Positions 21,123-30,227 of a stretch of DNA of 64,000 nucleotides are shown here, piece by piece. Source of the stretch: Verrucomicrobiota bacterium (lineage in GTDB: Bacteria; Verrucomicrobiota; Verrucomicrobiia; Opitutales; Cerasicoccaceae); assembly GCA_039818205.1 (NCBI GenBank), contig JBCBUK010000003.1:64001-128000 (forward strand), read 5' to 3'. The notes under the pieces are model-generated. The model worked only from the letters and a program-made list of their open reading frames with translations, was not told the DNA's origin and did no database searches. The translations under genes were made by a program, and so were the position numbers. How positions within the stretch are numbered: position 1 is the stretch's first letter; every line of letters begins with the position of its first letter.

Positions 21123-21151
21123 GGCGGATCGGCAACGATCCGCCTTTTTTT
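21123..21151 (+). terminator. Intrinsic terminator closing the secretin-cargo unit
   Basis: GGCGGATCG-GCAA-CGATCCGCC: a perfect 9-bp stem with a GNRA loop, followed by T7. Confidence 0.88.
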
Positions 21152-21156
21152 GATCT

Positions 21157-22035
21157 ATGTCCAAGATCCTGCTCATTGACGGTTACAATATTGCCTTTCG
21201 CAGTTACTATGCGTTACCGGATCTAACCCGTTCAGACGGGAAGCCTACGGGAGCACTTCATGGGTGGATCAAGGCAATGTGGAAGTTAGAAGACCTTGAA
21301 CAACCAGATGTTATTGCTGTCTTCTTCGATGATGGCGAGTCTGAGCGGCATATAGCGCTGCTGCCGGAGTACAAGGCAAATCGAGATGAGACACCGGAGG
21401 CCCTGATTCAACAAGTTCCTGAGATTCGGCGCCTGACCCAACTTCTTGGGTATCCGATTCATTCGAAAACGGGCGTGGAAGCGGATGACTTGATCGGGTC
21501 AGCAGCAACGAAACTAGCTGCTGAAGGGCACGAGGTTGTCATTGTCAGTGCGGATAAGGATCTGGCTCAATGCGTCGGGAGCAACGTTCAGCAGCTACTG
21601 CCAGCACCAACGGCAAATCCGCGCCTTGGTTGGCGGAAATTAGACTCAGAAGGTGTCACTCAGAAGTTTGGTGTTCCTCCGGAGCAGGTCGCCGAGTACC
21701 TGGCTCTAATTGGCGATACGTCCGACAATATTCCCGGGCTCAAGGGCTGTGGTCCGAAAACGGCCGCGAAATGGCTCCAGGAGTATGGTTCGCTGGAAGG
21801 GGCTATCTCTGGTGCCGAGGCAATCAAGCCACCCCGTTTTCGGGAGAAATTGCCCGAATTTGCGGAAGATTTGCGACGCAACCTAAAGCTAGTGACCTTG
21901 GAAACCGGCTTCGAGATCGGAGACCTTGATCCGACACCGGTTGCGTTGAATGACCTGATCGCTTATCTCGAAGATATGGAGATGAAGCAATCGGCCAATC
22001 AAGCCTATGAGCGTTACGGATTGGGCCTTGGCTGA
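21157..22035 (+). CDS. Stand-alone 5'-3' exonuclease / flap endonuclease (PolA N-terminal domain family)
   Basis: Motifs LLIDG, YKANR, EADDLIGS, VSADKDLAQ, and the H3TH motif LIGDTSDNIPGLKGCGPKTA. Confidence 0.9.
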   Translation: MSKILLIDGYNIAFRSYYALPDLTRSDGKPTGALHGWIKAMWKLEDLEQPDVIAVFFDDGESERHIALLPEYKANRDETPEALIQQVPEIRRLTQLLGYPIHSKTGVEADDLIGSAATKLAAEGHEVVIVSADKDLAQCVGSNVQQLLPAPTANPRLGWRKLDSEGVTQKFGVPPEQVAEYLALIGDTSDNIPGLKGCGPKTAAKWLQEYGSLEGAISGAEAIKPPRFREKLPEFAEDLRRNLKLVTLETGFEIGDLDPTPVALNDLIAYLEDMEMKQSANQAYERYGLGLG

Positions 22036-22036
22036 T

Positions 22037-22783
22037 TTATGATTCCGCGGCTCCGTTCTGCGGGTCGTAGATATAGCCAACGCCGTGCACGGTCCGGAAT
22101 ACGTCGGTGTTACACTCGTGGGCAGATAGCAAATTGCGAATCTTGACCACATATTGGTCAAGGGATCGGCTACGCACGTCAGCATGGACGCCCCAGACCG
22201 CATGAATCAGGCTTCGGCGAGTCAGAACCGTATTGGGGTAGGATACCAAGTAGGAAATAATTCCGAGCTCCTTGCGGCCGATCTTTTCGCTTTCACCATC
22301 GGGGAATGCAATCTCCATTCGGGTCGGATTGACGGTCGCATCACAGAATGGGAACGGCTTCTCGGTAATCTCCACATTGTTGGTGATGTGTTGATCCTTC
22401 GCGGTTTCGGTGCGTCGTAGGACGGCCTTGATTCGAGCTGTGAGCTCGGGAAGGCTGAAAGGCTTGGTTAGGTAGTCGTCGGCGCCAAGGTCGAGCCCCT
22501 TCACTTTGCTCACTTCGGAATCGTGCGCGGTGACAAAGATGATCGGTACCTGGATGTTATTGCGACGCAGTTCCTCAATCAGCTGGAATCCGGTCGTATC
22601 CGGTAGGTTGACGTCGAGCAGCATCAGGTTGGCATGGTTGCCTTTGAGATACCTGATGGCGTGCTCGCCACGATGAAACATCTGTGGCAGCATCTCCTGG
22701 GTCTCCAAGTGGTCGGAGACCATCTCAGCGATTTCTTTTTCGTCCTCGCAGATCAATATGAGGGGCTTGGCTTCTTTCGGCAT
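22037..22783 (-). CDS. OmpR/PhoB-family response regulator (no adjacent kinase)
   Basis: Receiver domain (CEDE, LLDVNLP, GADDYLTKPF) plus winged helix (VWG...RSLDQYVVKIR...TVHGVGY). Confidence 0.92.
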   Translation of the reverse strand: MPKEAKPLILICEDEKEIAEMVSDHLETQEMLPQMFHRGEHAIRYLKGNHANLMLLDVNLPDTTGFQLIEELRRNNIQVPIIFVTAHDSEVSKVKGLDLGADDYLTKPFSLPELTARIKAVLRRTETAKDQHITNNVEITEKPFPFCDATVNPTRMEIAFPDGESEKIGRKELGIISYLVSYPNTVLTRRSLIHAVWGVHADVRSRSLDQYVVKIRNLLSAHECNTDVFRTVHGVGYIYDPQNGAAES

Positions 22784-22790
22784 GATAAAA

Positions 22791-23270
22791 TTACAGCGTT
22801 GCTAGAGCATCCTCTAGAACTTGAGAGGCGTGCTGCTCTGGTTTTACTTTCGGGTAAGATTTGATAATTTTTCCGTCGGGGCCAATGAGAAATGACATCC
22901 GATGGATGCCTTCATATTCCTTGCCCATAAATTTTTTAAGTCCCCAAACACCAAATGCTTCTACGATAGAGTGATCGAGATCTGAGGCGAGTGGAAAGGG
23001 AATTTTATACTTTTTTCGAAATTTTGAGTGCGAATTCTCATCATCGCAGCTCACACCAACCACCTGAATACCTGCTTTTTCATACTCTGCGAATAGATCG
23101 CGGAAAGCGCAGGCTTCCTTCGTGCAGCCTGGGGTATCGTCCCGAGGGTAGAAATAAACGAGATAGGGCCGTCCGGACAGGTCTTTAGTATGCAATAATT
23201 CGCCTGCCGCATCCTGATAAGCAAATGTTGGTGCGGTGTCACCGTCTGATAGTGGTTTGGGCTCCTTCAT
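22791..23270 (-). CDS. bcp: Peroxiredoxin Bcp/PrxQ
   Basis: Motif YFYPRDDTPGCTKEACAFRD. Confidence 0.93.
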   Translation of the reverse strand: MKEPKPLSDGDTAPTFAYQDAAGELLHTKDLSGRPYLVYFYPRDDTPGCTKEACAFRDLFAEYEKAGIQVVGVSCDDENSHSKFRKKYKIPFPLASDLDHSIVEAFGVWGLKKFMGKEYEGIHRMSFLIGPDGKIIKSYPKVKPEQHASQVLEDALATL

Positions 23271-23395
23271 GGCGTCAGTGACAATATTGTGCGGATTTTG
23301 TATCTATTTCGATGGCAGCTTATTGCATGGATTCTCTAACGCAAAGCAAATTTAGCTTGTGTGCAAGCATCCCTGGCGTTTGTCATGCCTTTGTT

Positions 23396-24283
23396 GTGAG
23401 CACTGAAAATCCTCTCCTTATGCTCGGATTGCCCAAGGGCAGTCTGGAAGAATCAACCCTAAAGCTTTTTGCGAAAGCGGGCTACAAGATTGCCAAAAGT
23501 TCACGGTCGTACCGACCCTCTTTTGACGATCCGCAACTCGATGGTCGCTTCATCCGGGCGCAGGAAATGAGCCGTTATGTCGAGAACGGCTTCTTTGACT
23601 GTGGTTTGACCGGTTACGACTGGGTCGTTGAGAACAACTCGGATGTCATCGAGGTCTGCGATTTGATTTACAGCCGTGCTTCGAATGTGAAGAGCCGCTG
23701 GGTGCTCGTCGTGCCGGAGGATTCAACCGTTCAGTCGGTGAAGGACTTGGAAGGGAAGCGCATCGCAACTGAGGTAACGAACATCGTTGAGAAGTACCTG
23801 GAAGTGAATGAGGTCAAGGCCGACGTGGAATTCTCCTGGGGCGCGACTGAAGTGAAGGTGCCGGACATGGTCGATGCGATTGTCGATTTGACTGAGACTG
23901 GCAACTCGATCCGCGCCAACAAGTTACGTATTGTTGACGTTCTCCTGGAGACCAATACGAAACTGGTCGCTAACAAGGAATCCTGGGCGAATCCCGAGAA
24001 GCGCGCCAAGATTGAAAGCATCGCATTGTTGCTCACGTCAGCTTTGGAAGCCAACAAGAAGGTGGGCTTAAAGCTGAATATCAAGAAGAACAAAGTGCCG
24101 GAAATCCTCAGTGAGCTACCAGCCCTGCGCAACCCGACGGTATCGACCCTGAGTTGCAACGAGTATGCGGCGCTCGAAGTCGTATTGGACGAGAAAATCG
24201 TTCGGGAGATTATCCCAAGTCTCAAAGCCCACGGCGCTGAGGGCATTATCGAATACCCGCTCAACAAGGTCGTTCCGGATTAA
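23396..24283 (+). CDS. hisG: ATP phosphoribosyltransferase (long form)
   Basis: Motifs LGLPKGSL, GATEVK, DAIVDLTETG and a C-terminal PTVSTL regulatory domain. I placed the start at GTG 23396 rather than 23312. Confidence 0.92.
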   Translation: MSTENPLLMLGLPKGSLEESTLKLFAKAGYKIAKSSRSYRPSFDDPQLDGRFIRAQEMSRYVENGFFDCGLTGYDWVVENNSDVIEVCDLIYSRASNVKSRWVLVVPEDSTVQSVKDLEGKRIATEVTNIVEKYLEVNEVKADVEFSWGATEVKVPDMVDAIVDLTETGNSIRANKLRIVDVLLETNTKLVANKESWANPEKRAKIESIALLLTSALEANKKVGLKLNIKKNKVPEILSELPALRNPTVSTLSCNEYAALEVVLDEKIVREIIPSLKAHGAEGIIEYPLNKVVPD

Positions 24284-24305
24284 TCCCGGAACCTCTGTGC
24301 TGGAT

Positions 24306-25445
24306 TCAGGCTTTCAAGAAGGACTGAACCAGTGCTTCTAGCTCTGGGGCCTCGACTAGGAAAGAGTCGTGGCCCAATGCGCTATCGATCTCGGCGTAGG
24401 TGGCGTGCTTGCCACAACGCAGCAGTGCCAGCGCGATTTCGCGGTTTTGCTGCGGTGGAAAGAGCCAGTCGGAGGTAAACCCAATCACCAAAACACGCGC
24501 GGTTACCTTACTTAGCTGTTCTTCAAGGCGCCCGCTTTCTCCAAACAGATCGAAGCGGTCGAGTGCCTTGGTGAAATACAGGTAGGTGTTCGCGTCGAAT
24601 CGGTTGACGAAACTCTGCCCCTGGTAGCGCAGATAGCTCTCCACTTCGAACTCGATATCGAAGACCTCACGAGCGGCCCAGTTGGCTTGTCGGTTTCGGC
24701 CAAATTTATCCTCCATACCCTTGTCGGAAAGGTAGGTGATGTGCGCCATCATCCGAGCGATCGCCAGGCCAACGCGAGGGCCTTTTGCGTTCTCGAAATC
24801 ACCATTGTTCCAGTCCGGGTCTTGCATGATGGCGGACCGGCCGACTTCGTTGAAGGCGATTGCTTGGGCGTTTTGCCGCGCCGTCGTTGCCATGGGGAGG
24901 GCACGGGCGACGGCGTCCGGATACTCGATAATCCATTGCAGGACTTGCATCCCACCCATGGATCCGCCCACGACCGCGAGCAGTTTTTCAATGCCCAGGT
25001 GCTCAATCAACAGCTTCTGCGCCCGGACCATGTCTCGAATCGTGACGACTGGGAAATCCAGGTTGTAGTTGTGCCCGGTGCTTGGATTTGGGCTGGCCGG
25101 ACCGGTCGAGCCCTGGCATCCGCCCAAGCAGTTTGAGCAGATAACGAAATACTCGTTGGTGTCGATTGGCTTGCCGGGGCCAATCATGTTGTTCCACCAA
25201 CCGGTTTTGCGGTCGGTGATGGTGTAGGCGCCAGCTGCGTGATGATCGCCGCTGAGGGCATGGCAGATCAGGATGGCGTTGTCCTTGCGCTCATTCAGGC
25301 GTCCGTAGCTTTCGTAGCGTAGCGTAAAGCCTGGCAGGATGGTGCCGTCATCGCAGGTGAACGACTCATCGTGCACAAAATCATTCCATGCAACGAGCCC
25401 GACCTCGCCGCGTTCGTCATGGGTCAATGTCGAGGCGTCATTCAC
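24306..25445 (-). CDS. metX: Homoserine O-acetyltransferase
   Basis: Motifs ICHALSGDHH, GGSMGGMQ, ARMMAHITYLS, RFDANTY, SDWLFP and GHDSFL. Confidence 0.92.
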   Translation of the reverse strand: MNDASTLTHDERGEVGLVAWNDFVHDESFTCDDGTILPGFTLRYESYGRLNERKDNAILICHALSGDHHAAGAYTITDRKTGWWNNMIGPGKPIDTNEYFVICSNCLGGCQGSTGPASPNPSTGHNYNLDFPVVTIRDMVRAQKLLIEHLGIEKLLAVVGGSMGGMQVLQWIIEYPDAVARALPMATTARQNAQAIAFNEVGRSAIMQDPDWNNGDFENAKGPRVGLAIARMMAHITYLSDKGMEDKFGRNRQANWAAREVFDIEFEVESYLRYQGQSFVNRFDANTYLYFTKALDRFDLFGESGRLEEQLSKVTARVLVIGFTSDWLFPPQQNREIALALLRCGKHATYAEIDSALGHDSFLVEAPELEALVQSFLKA

Positions 25446-25526
25446 AAACAGTTAGCTAAAGCATATGTCCCGCCGGAATAAAGCGGAAAAATACGCATAT
25501 GCCAATCGTGGCCAGTGGCTCCCAAA

Positions 25527-26435
25527 CTAGCGTTCGCCCTGGTTCGGAGTCACGCGTGGAGTTTGTGGTGGCGCTGGCCCGGGAATAAAATCTATCGTGC
25601 CTCCGAAGATTCCCGGTTGCAGTGGGTTAAAGTCCGATCCAGTGAACAGTTCAAACAGCTGCTTGGCGGTGCTGGCACTCAAGTTGATCCGGGTTGCGTT
25701 GGCTTGCGACATGGTATTCGCTTGCAGGCTAGTAATCGTAACCGTGCCATTTGGATTCACCCGACCGGTGAACGTGATTTCTTCTAAACCATTAACCACA
25801 TCCGGATCACGCCCGAGCGGAATGAAAATACCGTTTCCAACGGCGATGCCAAACCGTCCGCGCTTCTCTTGGACACCTTCAGATTTAACGCTGAACTCGT
25901 AGTTGGTGCCCCGGATCCCCGCGGTTCCAACCGGCGAATCAATTTCGTAGGTGGATCCTTCTTCGGAGTTCAATTTTTTGACCGATCCAACAATGTCACC
26001 CTCAAGGAGGCGAAGTTTCGTTTTCGAGGTCGTTGGTTCGCGATCGAGGGCATCCAGCGCCGGGGCTGATTCCGGAACGGGTGCTTGCAAATACTCTTCA
26101 ATCGAAATCGTGGTGCTTGGCTTAATGGTCAACGAGGAGCCATTGGAAAAGAGCAGGATCACCATGCCATCGGGCCCGGTGTTGATCGTCACCCCTTGTT
26201 TAAATTTCATCTTCGGCTCCACGCGGCCTTCTTCGCCTAGAGCAAAATCCGTGAAGGTGGCAACACCGGTGACACGGGCGACAAGCGCAACCGCTGGCTT
26301 CATTTCAGGGCCTTTGGGCGACGGCGGACTTGACGATTCTTGAGCCCAAACTAGGGAAAGAAGCATCAGCCCCAATGAAACAATCACAGTGGATCGAAGG
26401 AAAGCGTAGCGGCGTAGTCGGACGTTCACAGGCAA
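25527..26435 (-). CDS. Exported FecR-domain protein
   Basis: Signal/TM segment and FecR-like TGPDGMVILLFSNGS...SPVGTAGIRGT. No ECF sigma factor is adjacent. Confidence 0.75.
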   Translation of the reverse strand: MPVNVRLRRYAFLRSTVIVSLGLMLLSLVWAQESSSPPSPKGPEMKPAVALVARVTGVATFTDFALGEEGRVEPKMKFKQGVTINTGPDGMVILLFSNGSSLTIKPSTTISIEEYLQAPVPESAPALDALDREPTTSKTKLRLLEGDIVGSVKKLNSEEGSTYEIDSPVGTAGIRGTNYEFSVKSEGVQEKRGRFGIAVGNGIFIPLGRDPDVVNGLEEITFTGRVNPNGTVTITSLQANTMSQANATRINLSASTAKQLFELFTGSDFNPLQPGIFGGTIDFIPGPAPPQTPRVTPNQGER

Positions 26436-26449
26436 AGAATTTCCCGATA

Positions 26450-26478
26450 ACCCTACTTTTTTAATGGCGATGGGTCAA
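26450..26478 (-). promoter_or_regulatory. Putative sigma70 promoter for the FecR-domain gene
   Basis: The minus strand reads TTGACC-N17-TAGGGT, 15 nt upstream of the ORF. Confidence 0.5.
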
Positions 26479-26530
26479 GCGAAGACAGGCCCAGTTTCCT
26501 GGACCGCGATTTTACCATTTTTACAACGGA

Positions 26531-27010
26531 CTAGGCAGCGGAGGCAACTGGCTTTGCCTCGACACCGAGGCATTCCGGGATGACTTGGTTTCGATACTCA
26601 AAGATGCCTTCGATCTGCCGCTTTATCAGTGGGTAGGCGAGGTCTCCCAGTGGAGTCAACGGCAGTTCGTAGCGCACATAGTCAGTGATGAGCGTATTCT
26701 TGTCATCGATTGCCGTGAAGCTATGCCGGTGGATCCAGGTTTTGTAGGGTCCCTTGATTTGTTCGTCGACAAATTCATGCGGCGGATTCCAAACGGGGAT
26801 AAGTGTCCGCCAGCGCATGGGGATGCCGTGCAGGCGGATCTGGTAGTCGATCACGCTGTCCTGCGCCATTTCGATGGGCAGCGGCGTAGTGATTTTGAAT
26901 CCAAGCTCTGGTGGAGTGATGCGTTCCAGGTTTTCCGCCTTGGAGAAAAAAGCGAATACCTCTTCGAGTGGTAAGGGGAGCTCTAGCTCGGTCCGAATTG
27001 AATGCCACAT
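26531..27010 (-). CDS. SRPBCC (START-like) family protein
   Basis: Motifs VFAFFSKAENLERITPP, FVDEQIKGPY..W.H.H.F and IFEYR. Confidence 0.85.
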   Translation of the reverse strand: MWHSIRTELELPLPLEEVFAFFSKAENLERITPPELGFKITTPLPIEMAQDSVIDYQIRLHGIPMRWRTLIPVWNPPHEFVDEQIKGPYKTWIHRHSFTAIDDKNTLITDYVRYELPLTPLGDLAYPLIKRQIEGIFEYRNQVIPECLGVEAKPVASAA

Positions 27011-27054
27011 CGTTTAAATAAAGCCAGGAAGGCCTCATTTTCAACTGCGGTCGT

Positions 27055-28020
27055 TCAACTGAATCGGCCCCAGGCGAGAAAAACGCCATAAAGGATAACC
27101 AAGGCTAGACCGCTGAGTCGATGGAGTCGGCGGAATAGCGCGAGACTCATGACGTGAAAGGCAGCGACCCCGGTAATTAAAATCATCGCGGTGGGAAAGT
27201 CCGCTGGTAGCGGCATCGGCTGAATGACGGCGTAAACACCCACGCACAAGGGAATGCAAACGTGGGCATCACCGGCCTGTGCACTGTAAACGACATCGGC
27301 TTCTTTGCGTGAGCCGTAAAAAAATGCCAGGAGCGCATTTGGAAGCGCCATGAGGAGCCCACTTAGGAGGCCCAGGTTCTCTCGACTGAAGAAACCGGTT
27401 TCGATGGCGGACATCCAATCCACTAAGCCAGAGATGCTCCAGAACATGCCATAACCGCCCAGCGCTAGTAAGACGCCCTCGACAATGAGCATGGGATTAA
27501 AACGGCCGGCGCTCCGAACGTTTTCTTTGAGTAGCTCGTAGACGTGAAACAATTGCCAGAGTAGAAACAATCCGATCAAGGCTAGCCCATCGCCTTTGTC
27601 GAGGACACCATCGCGGCCCAATGACCAGGTGATCCCACCAAAAAAGAAGATCGCCAGCAGCGTAAAGAGCAGGGCAAGCCGATGGAGCGCAGCTTGCTGC
27701 TTCGCCTTTTTGGCTTTGCCACGGGGCTCGAGGCTCAGACCCCAAATGAGCGCGGGCAGGCCGAGGAGTATGGTCAGGTTGGTCGCGTTATTGATCAGAC
27801 AATTCGTCATGACCTCGGACCCAGGCTGCTGGTTTTTCAGAATCACGAAAACGAACAGGAGATTCCCCAGCCCGGAGAGGTAGGGCATCACCAGGTTGCC
27901 CAGCACGGTACCTTCGACTCCACTGTCGGACAGCGTTTCCAGGCGCCAAATCATTAAGGTCGAGGCGACCAGGAATAAGCTGAGCAGGAAGGCTGGGTGC
28001 GTTGTTATGTAGTCTGGCAC
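27055..28020 (-). CDS. Sodium:calcium antiporter-like (CaCA) membrane protein
   Basis: About 10 TM helices in two halves, with degenerate alpha-repeat-like segments (MPYLSGLGNL, LMALPNAL) and a DGLALIGLF motif. Confidence 0.65.
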   Translation of the reverse strand: MPDYITTHPAFLLSLFLVASTLMIWRLETLSDSGVEGTVLGNLVMPYLSGLGNLLFVFVILKNQQPGSEVMTNCLINNATNLTILLGLPALIWGLSLEPRGKAKKAKQQAALHRLALLFTLLAIFFFGGITWSLGRDGVLDKGDGLALIGLFLLWQLFHVYELLKENVRSAGRFNPMLIVEGVLLALGGYGMFWSISGLVDWMSAIETGFFSRENLGLLSGLLMALPNALLAFFYGSRKEADVVYSAQAGDAHVCIPLCVGVYAVIQPMPLPADFPTAMILITGVAAFHVMSLALFRRLHRLSGLALVILYGVFLAWGRFS

Positions 28021-28162
28021 TTAAGACATATAAGCAAAATGCCTTATTCGATTGGCGAAAGGAAAAAGATCCCTTAAATCGCGCTTCACGAAATGTTCAC
28101 ATTGATCAAACGGTTCCGACGGGCTTGCCTCTCGGGCGGAATCTGCTTTTGCTACCTGGTTC

Positions 28163-30154
28163 ATGTCCGATCCCAACCAGCCAGCTGCTTGTTGCCACGC
28201 CGACTCCGACCCCGGATTGACGGCGGATGAACGTGCTTGGACCATGACTTGGCTCAAGGTTGGAATTGCCGCCGTGATGGCCGGGCAGGGGATGATTTTT
28301 GGCCTGGGGCTTAACACTGCCGACACCCCATTGACTCCGGATCAACCGATTTACTGGGTCTTGCATGGGGGGTTGTTGATCTCGGCGATCGTCGTGATTG
28401 CTTTGCTCGGCCCGCCGCTCCTGGCCAACACTTGGCAAGCCCTGCGCGCGCGTCGCATTACGGTTGAAGCCTTGTTCGTAATCAGCGCGGTTGGGGCACT
28501 GGGCGCTTCATTGACTTCATCACTGAGTGGAAGCGGGTCTGTTTACTACGAAGTGGTGGCCATTGTGTTGGCGATCTATACGGTTGGCAAAACGCTTGGA
28601 GCCCGGTCTCGTTCCCGAGCCCTGGCGGCGGTTCAGGAATTGCGAGAGAGTTTTGACTTCGCCTACTTGGAAACCTGTTGCGGGCAGCGGCGCCGAATAC
28701 CCGTGGATGAGCTCGCAATGGACTCATTGGTGTCCGTGGCTCCAGGGGAACCCTTTGCGGTCGATGGAGTGATTAAGCGAGGCGTGGGCGATGTAACCGA
28801 TACGGCGATGACGGGCGAGCTGGCACCGCATCGGTTGCAGCCAGGAGATGCCGTGTGGGCTGGATCTTATTCGGTCGACGGAACATTCATCGTAGAGCCA
28901 CGCGCGTTGCGCGGCGAACGAAAGATCGATGTCGTGCTCGATACAGTGGAGCAGGGGCGCTTGAAGCCGTCGGAACTGCAGCAGCAGGCCGACCAGTTGA
29001 TGCGGTGGTTTGTTCCCGTCGTGTTGGCCATCGCAATGATCACATTTTTGGCCTGGGGTGCCTCCGGTCATTGGACGCAGGCATTGTTCAACGCCATGGC
29101 GGTATTGCTCGTTGCCTGCCCGTGCGCGCTTGGGCTGGCCACGCCGATTGCGGTTTGGAGCCAGCTGCTTCACTTTTCTCGCATTGGGTTGACGGCCCGC
29201 ACCGGAGATTTTGGAGACCAACTGGCGCAGGCCGATCGAATCGTTTTCGACAAGACCGGTACGCTCAGTTTTGAAGCCTTGGAAGTGAACAACATCGACT
29301 TCGACCCGGCATTCGAACCGCGACGAACGGAATTGCTTGCCGCCGTGCGAGCGGTGGAGGGACTAAGTGCGCACCCTGTGGCTCGTGCCTTAGCTAAGAT
29401 CGAGGCCGACCCGGCAGTTTCTGTTGAACCTTTATCAATCACCCAGCATCCGGGACGCGGAGTCGAAGCGCTCGTTCGGTTGCCTGCGGGCACGGAATCC
29501 GTCTTGCGCATTGGTGCTCGAGATTTTGTTCAGGATACCGGTTCCGGAACGGTCAGTGTTGAGACTCGAACGGCTAAGCGAGAGGTTCTGTTTTCGCTCG
29601 ATGGCGCATACTGTGGGCGTTTCCTGTTGAGCGAGGAATTGCGGCCAGATTTGGAGCCGTCTCTAGAGCAGCTGCGTCATGCCGGAGTGGCGGTTTCGAT
29701 TCTAACGGGAGACCCCGCACCGATCCACACCGAGCTCGCGGGAGTCGTGGTCGAATCCGGTTTAGCGCCTGAGGACAAGCTTGAGCGAGTGCGAAGGTGG
29801 CAAGCTGCGGGTGAGCGCGTTGTATTTGTTGGCGATGGGCTCAATGATGCCGCCGCAATGAGCCATGCGGACGCGGCCATTGCGATGGGCCAAGGAGCCG
29901 ATCTAAGCCGGGCAACCGCGCCTGCGGTTTTGATGGGCGAGTCGCTTTCTCCCATTCCGCGAGCATTGGCGATCGCTCAACGAGTGCGCCGAGCCGTGCA
30001 GGGTAATTTGATGTTTGCCGGTTTTTATAATTTCGTCGGGATGGGTCTCGCGGCAGGAGGCATCCTGCATCCGGTTGTGGCTGCGTTGTTGATGCTTTTT
30101 TCGAGTGTTGGCGTATCGGTGCGTGCCGCTCGCAGTGCCCGCGCACTGGATTAA
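28163..30154 (+). CDS. P1B-type heavy-metal ATPase, Cu(I)-type signature
   Basis: Motifs TGE, CPC, DKTGT, HP and GDGLND, plus YN and MxxSS in the last helices. Confidence 0.9.
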   Translation: MSDPNQPAACCHADSDPGLTADERAWTMTWLKVGIAAVMAGQGMIFGLGLNTADTPLTPDQPIYWVLHGGLLISAIVVIALLGPPLLANTWQALRARRITVEALFVISAVGALGASLTSSLSGSGSVYYEVVAIVLAIYTVGKTLGARSRSRALAAVQELRESFDFAYLETCCGQRRRIPVDELAMDSLVSVAPGEPFAVDGVIKRGVGDVTDTAMTGELAPHRLQPGDAVWAGSYSVDGTFIVEPRALRGERKIDVVLDTVEQGRLKPSELQQQADQLMRWFVPVVLAIAMITFLAWGASGHWTQALFNAMAVLLVACPCALGLATPIAVWSQLLHFSRIGLTARTGDFGDQLAQADRIVFDKTGTLSFEALEVNNIDFDPAFEPRRTELLAAVRAVEGLSAHPVARALAKIEADPAVSVEPLSITQHPGRGVEALVRLPAGTESVLRIGARDFVQDTGSGTVSVETRTAKREVLFSLDGAYCGRFLLSEELRPDLEPSLEQLRHAGVAVSILTGDPAPIHTELAGVVVESGLAPEDKLERVRRWQAAGERVVFVGDGLNDAAAMSHADAAIAMGQGADLSRATAPAVLMGESLSPIPRALAIAQRVRRAVQGNLMFAGFYNFVGMGLAAGGILHPVVAALLMLFSSVGVSVRAARSARALD

Positions 30155-30227
30155 GCGAACCGCAACCGCTGGAATAAATAGTTTTGCTCGTTCAGCTGGA
30201 ATCGATAGGATTGGCGGTTTAAATCAT

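Noticed and set aside
21157..22035. polA pseudogene or frameshift
   Set aside because: The catalytic acidic motifs are intact, and the downstream sequence is a convergent response regulator rather than a polymerase remnant.
25446..25526. Possible SAM-II/SAM-V riboswitch upstream of metX (TAGCTAA near the start)
   Set aside because: The matching 5' elements and pseudoknot pairing are absent, and the region is better explained as a promoter.
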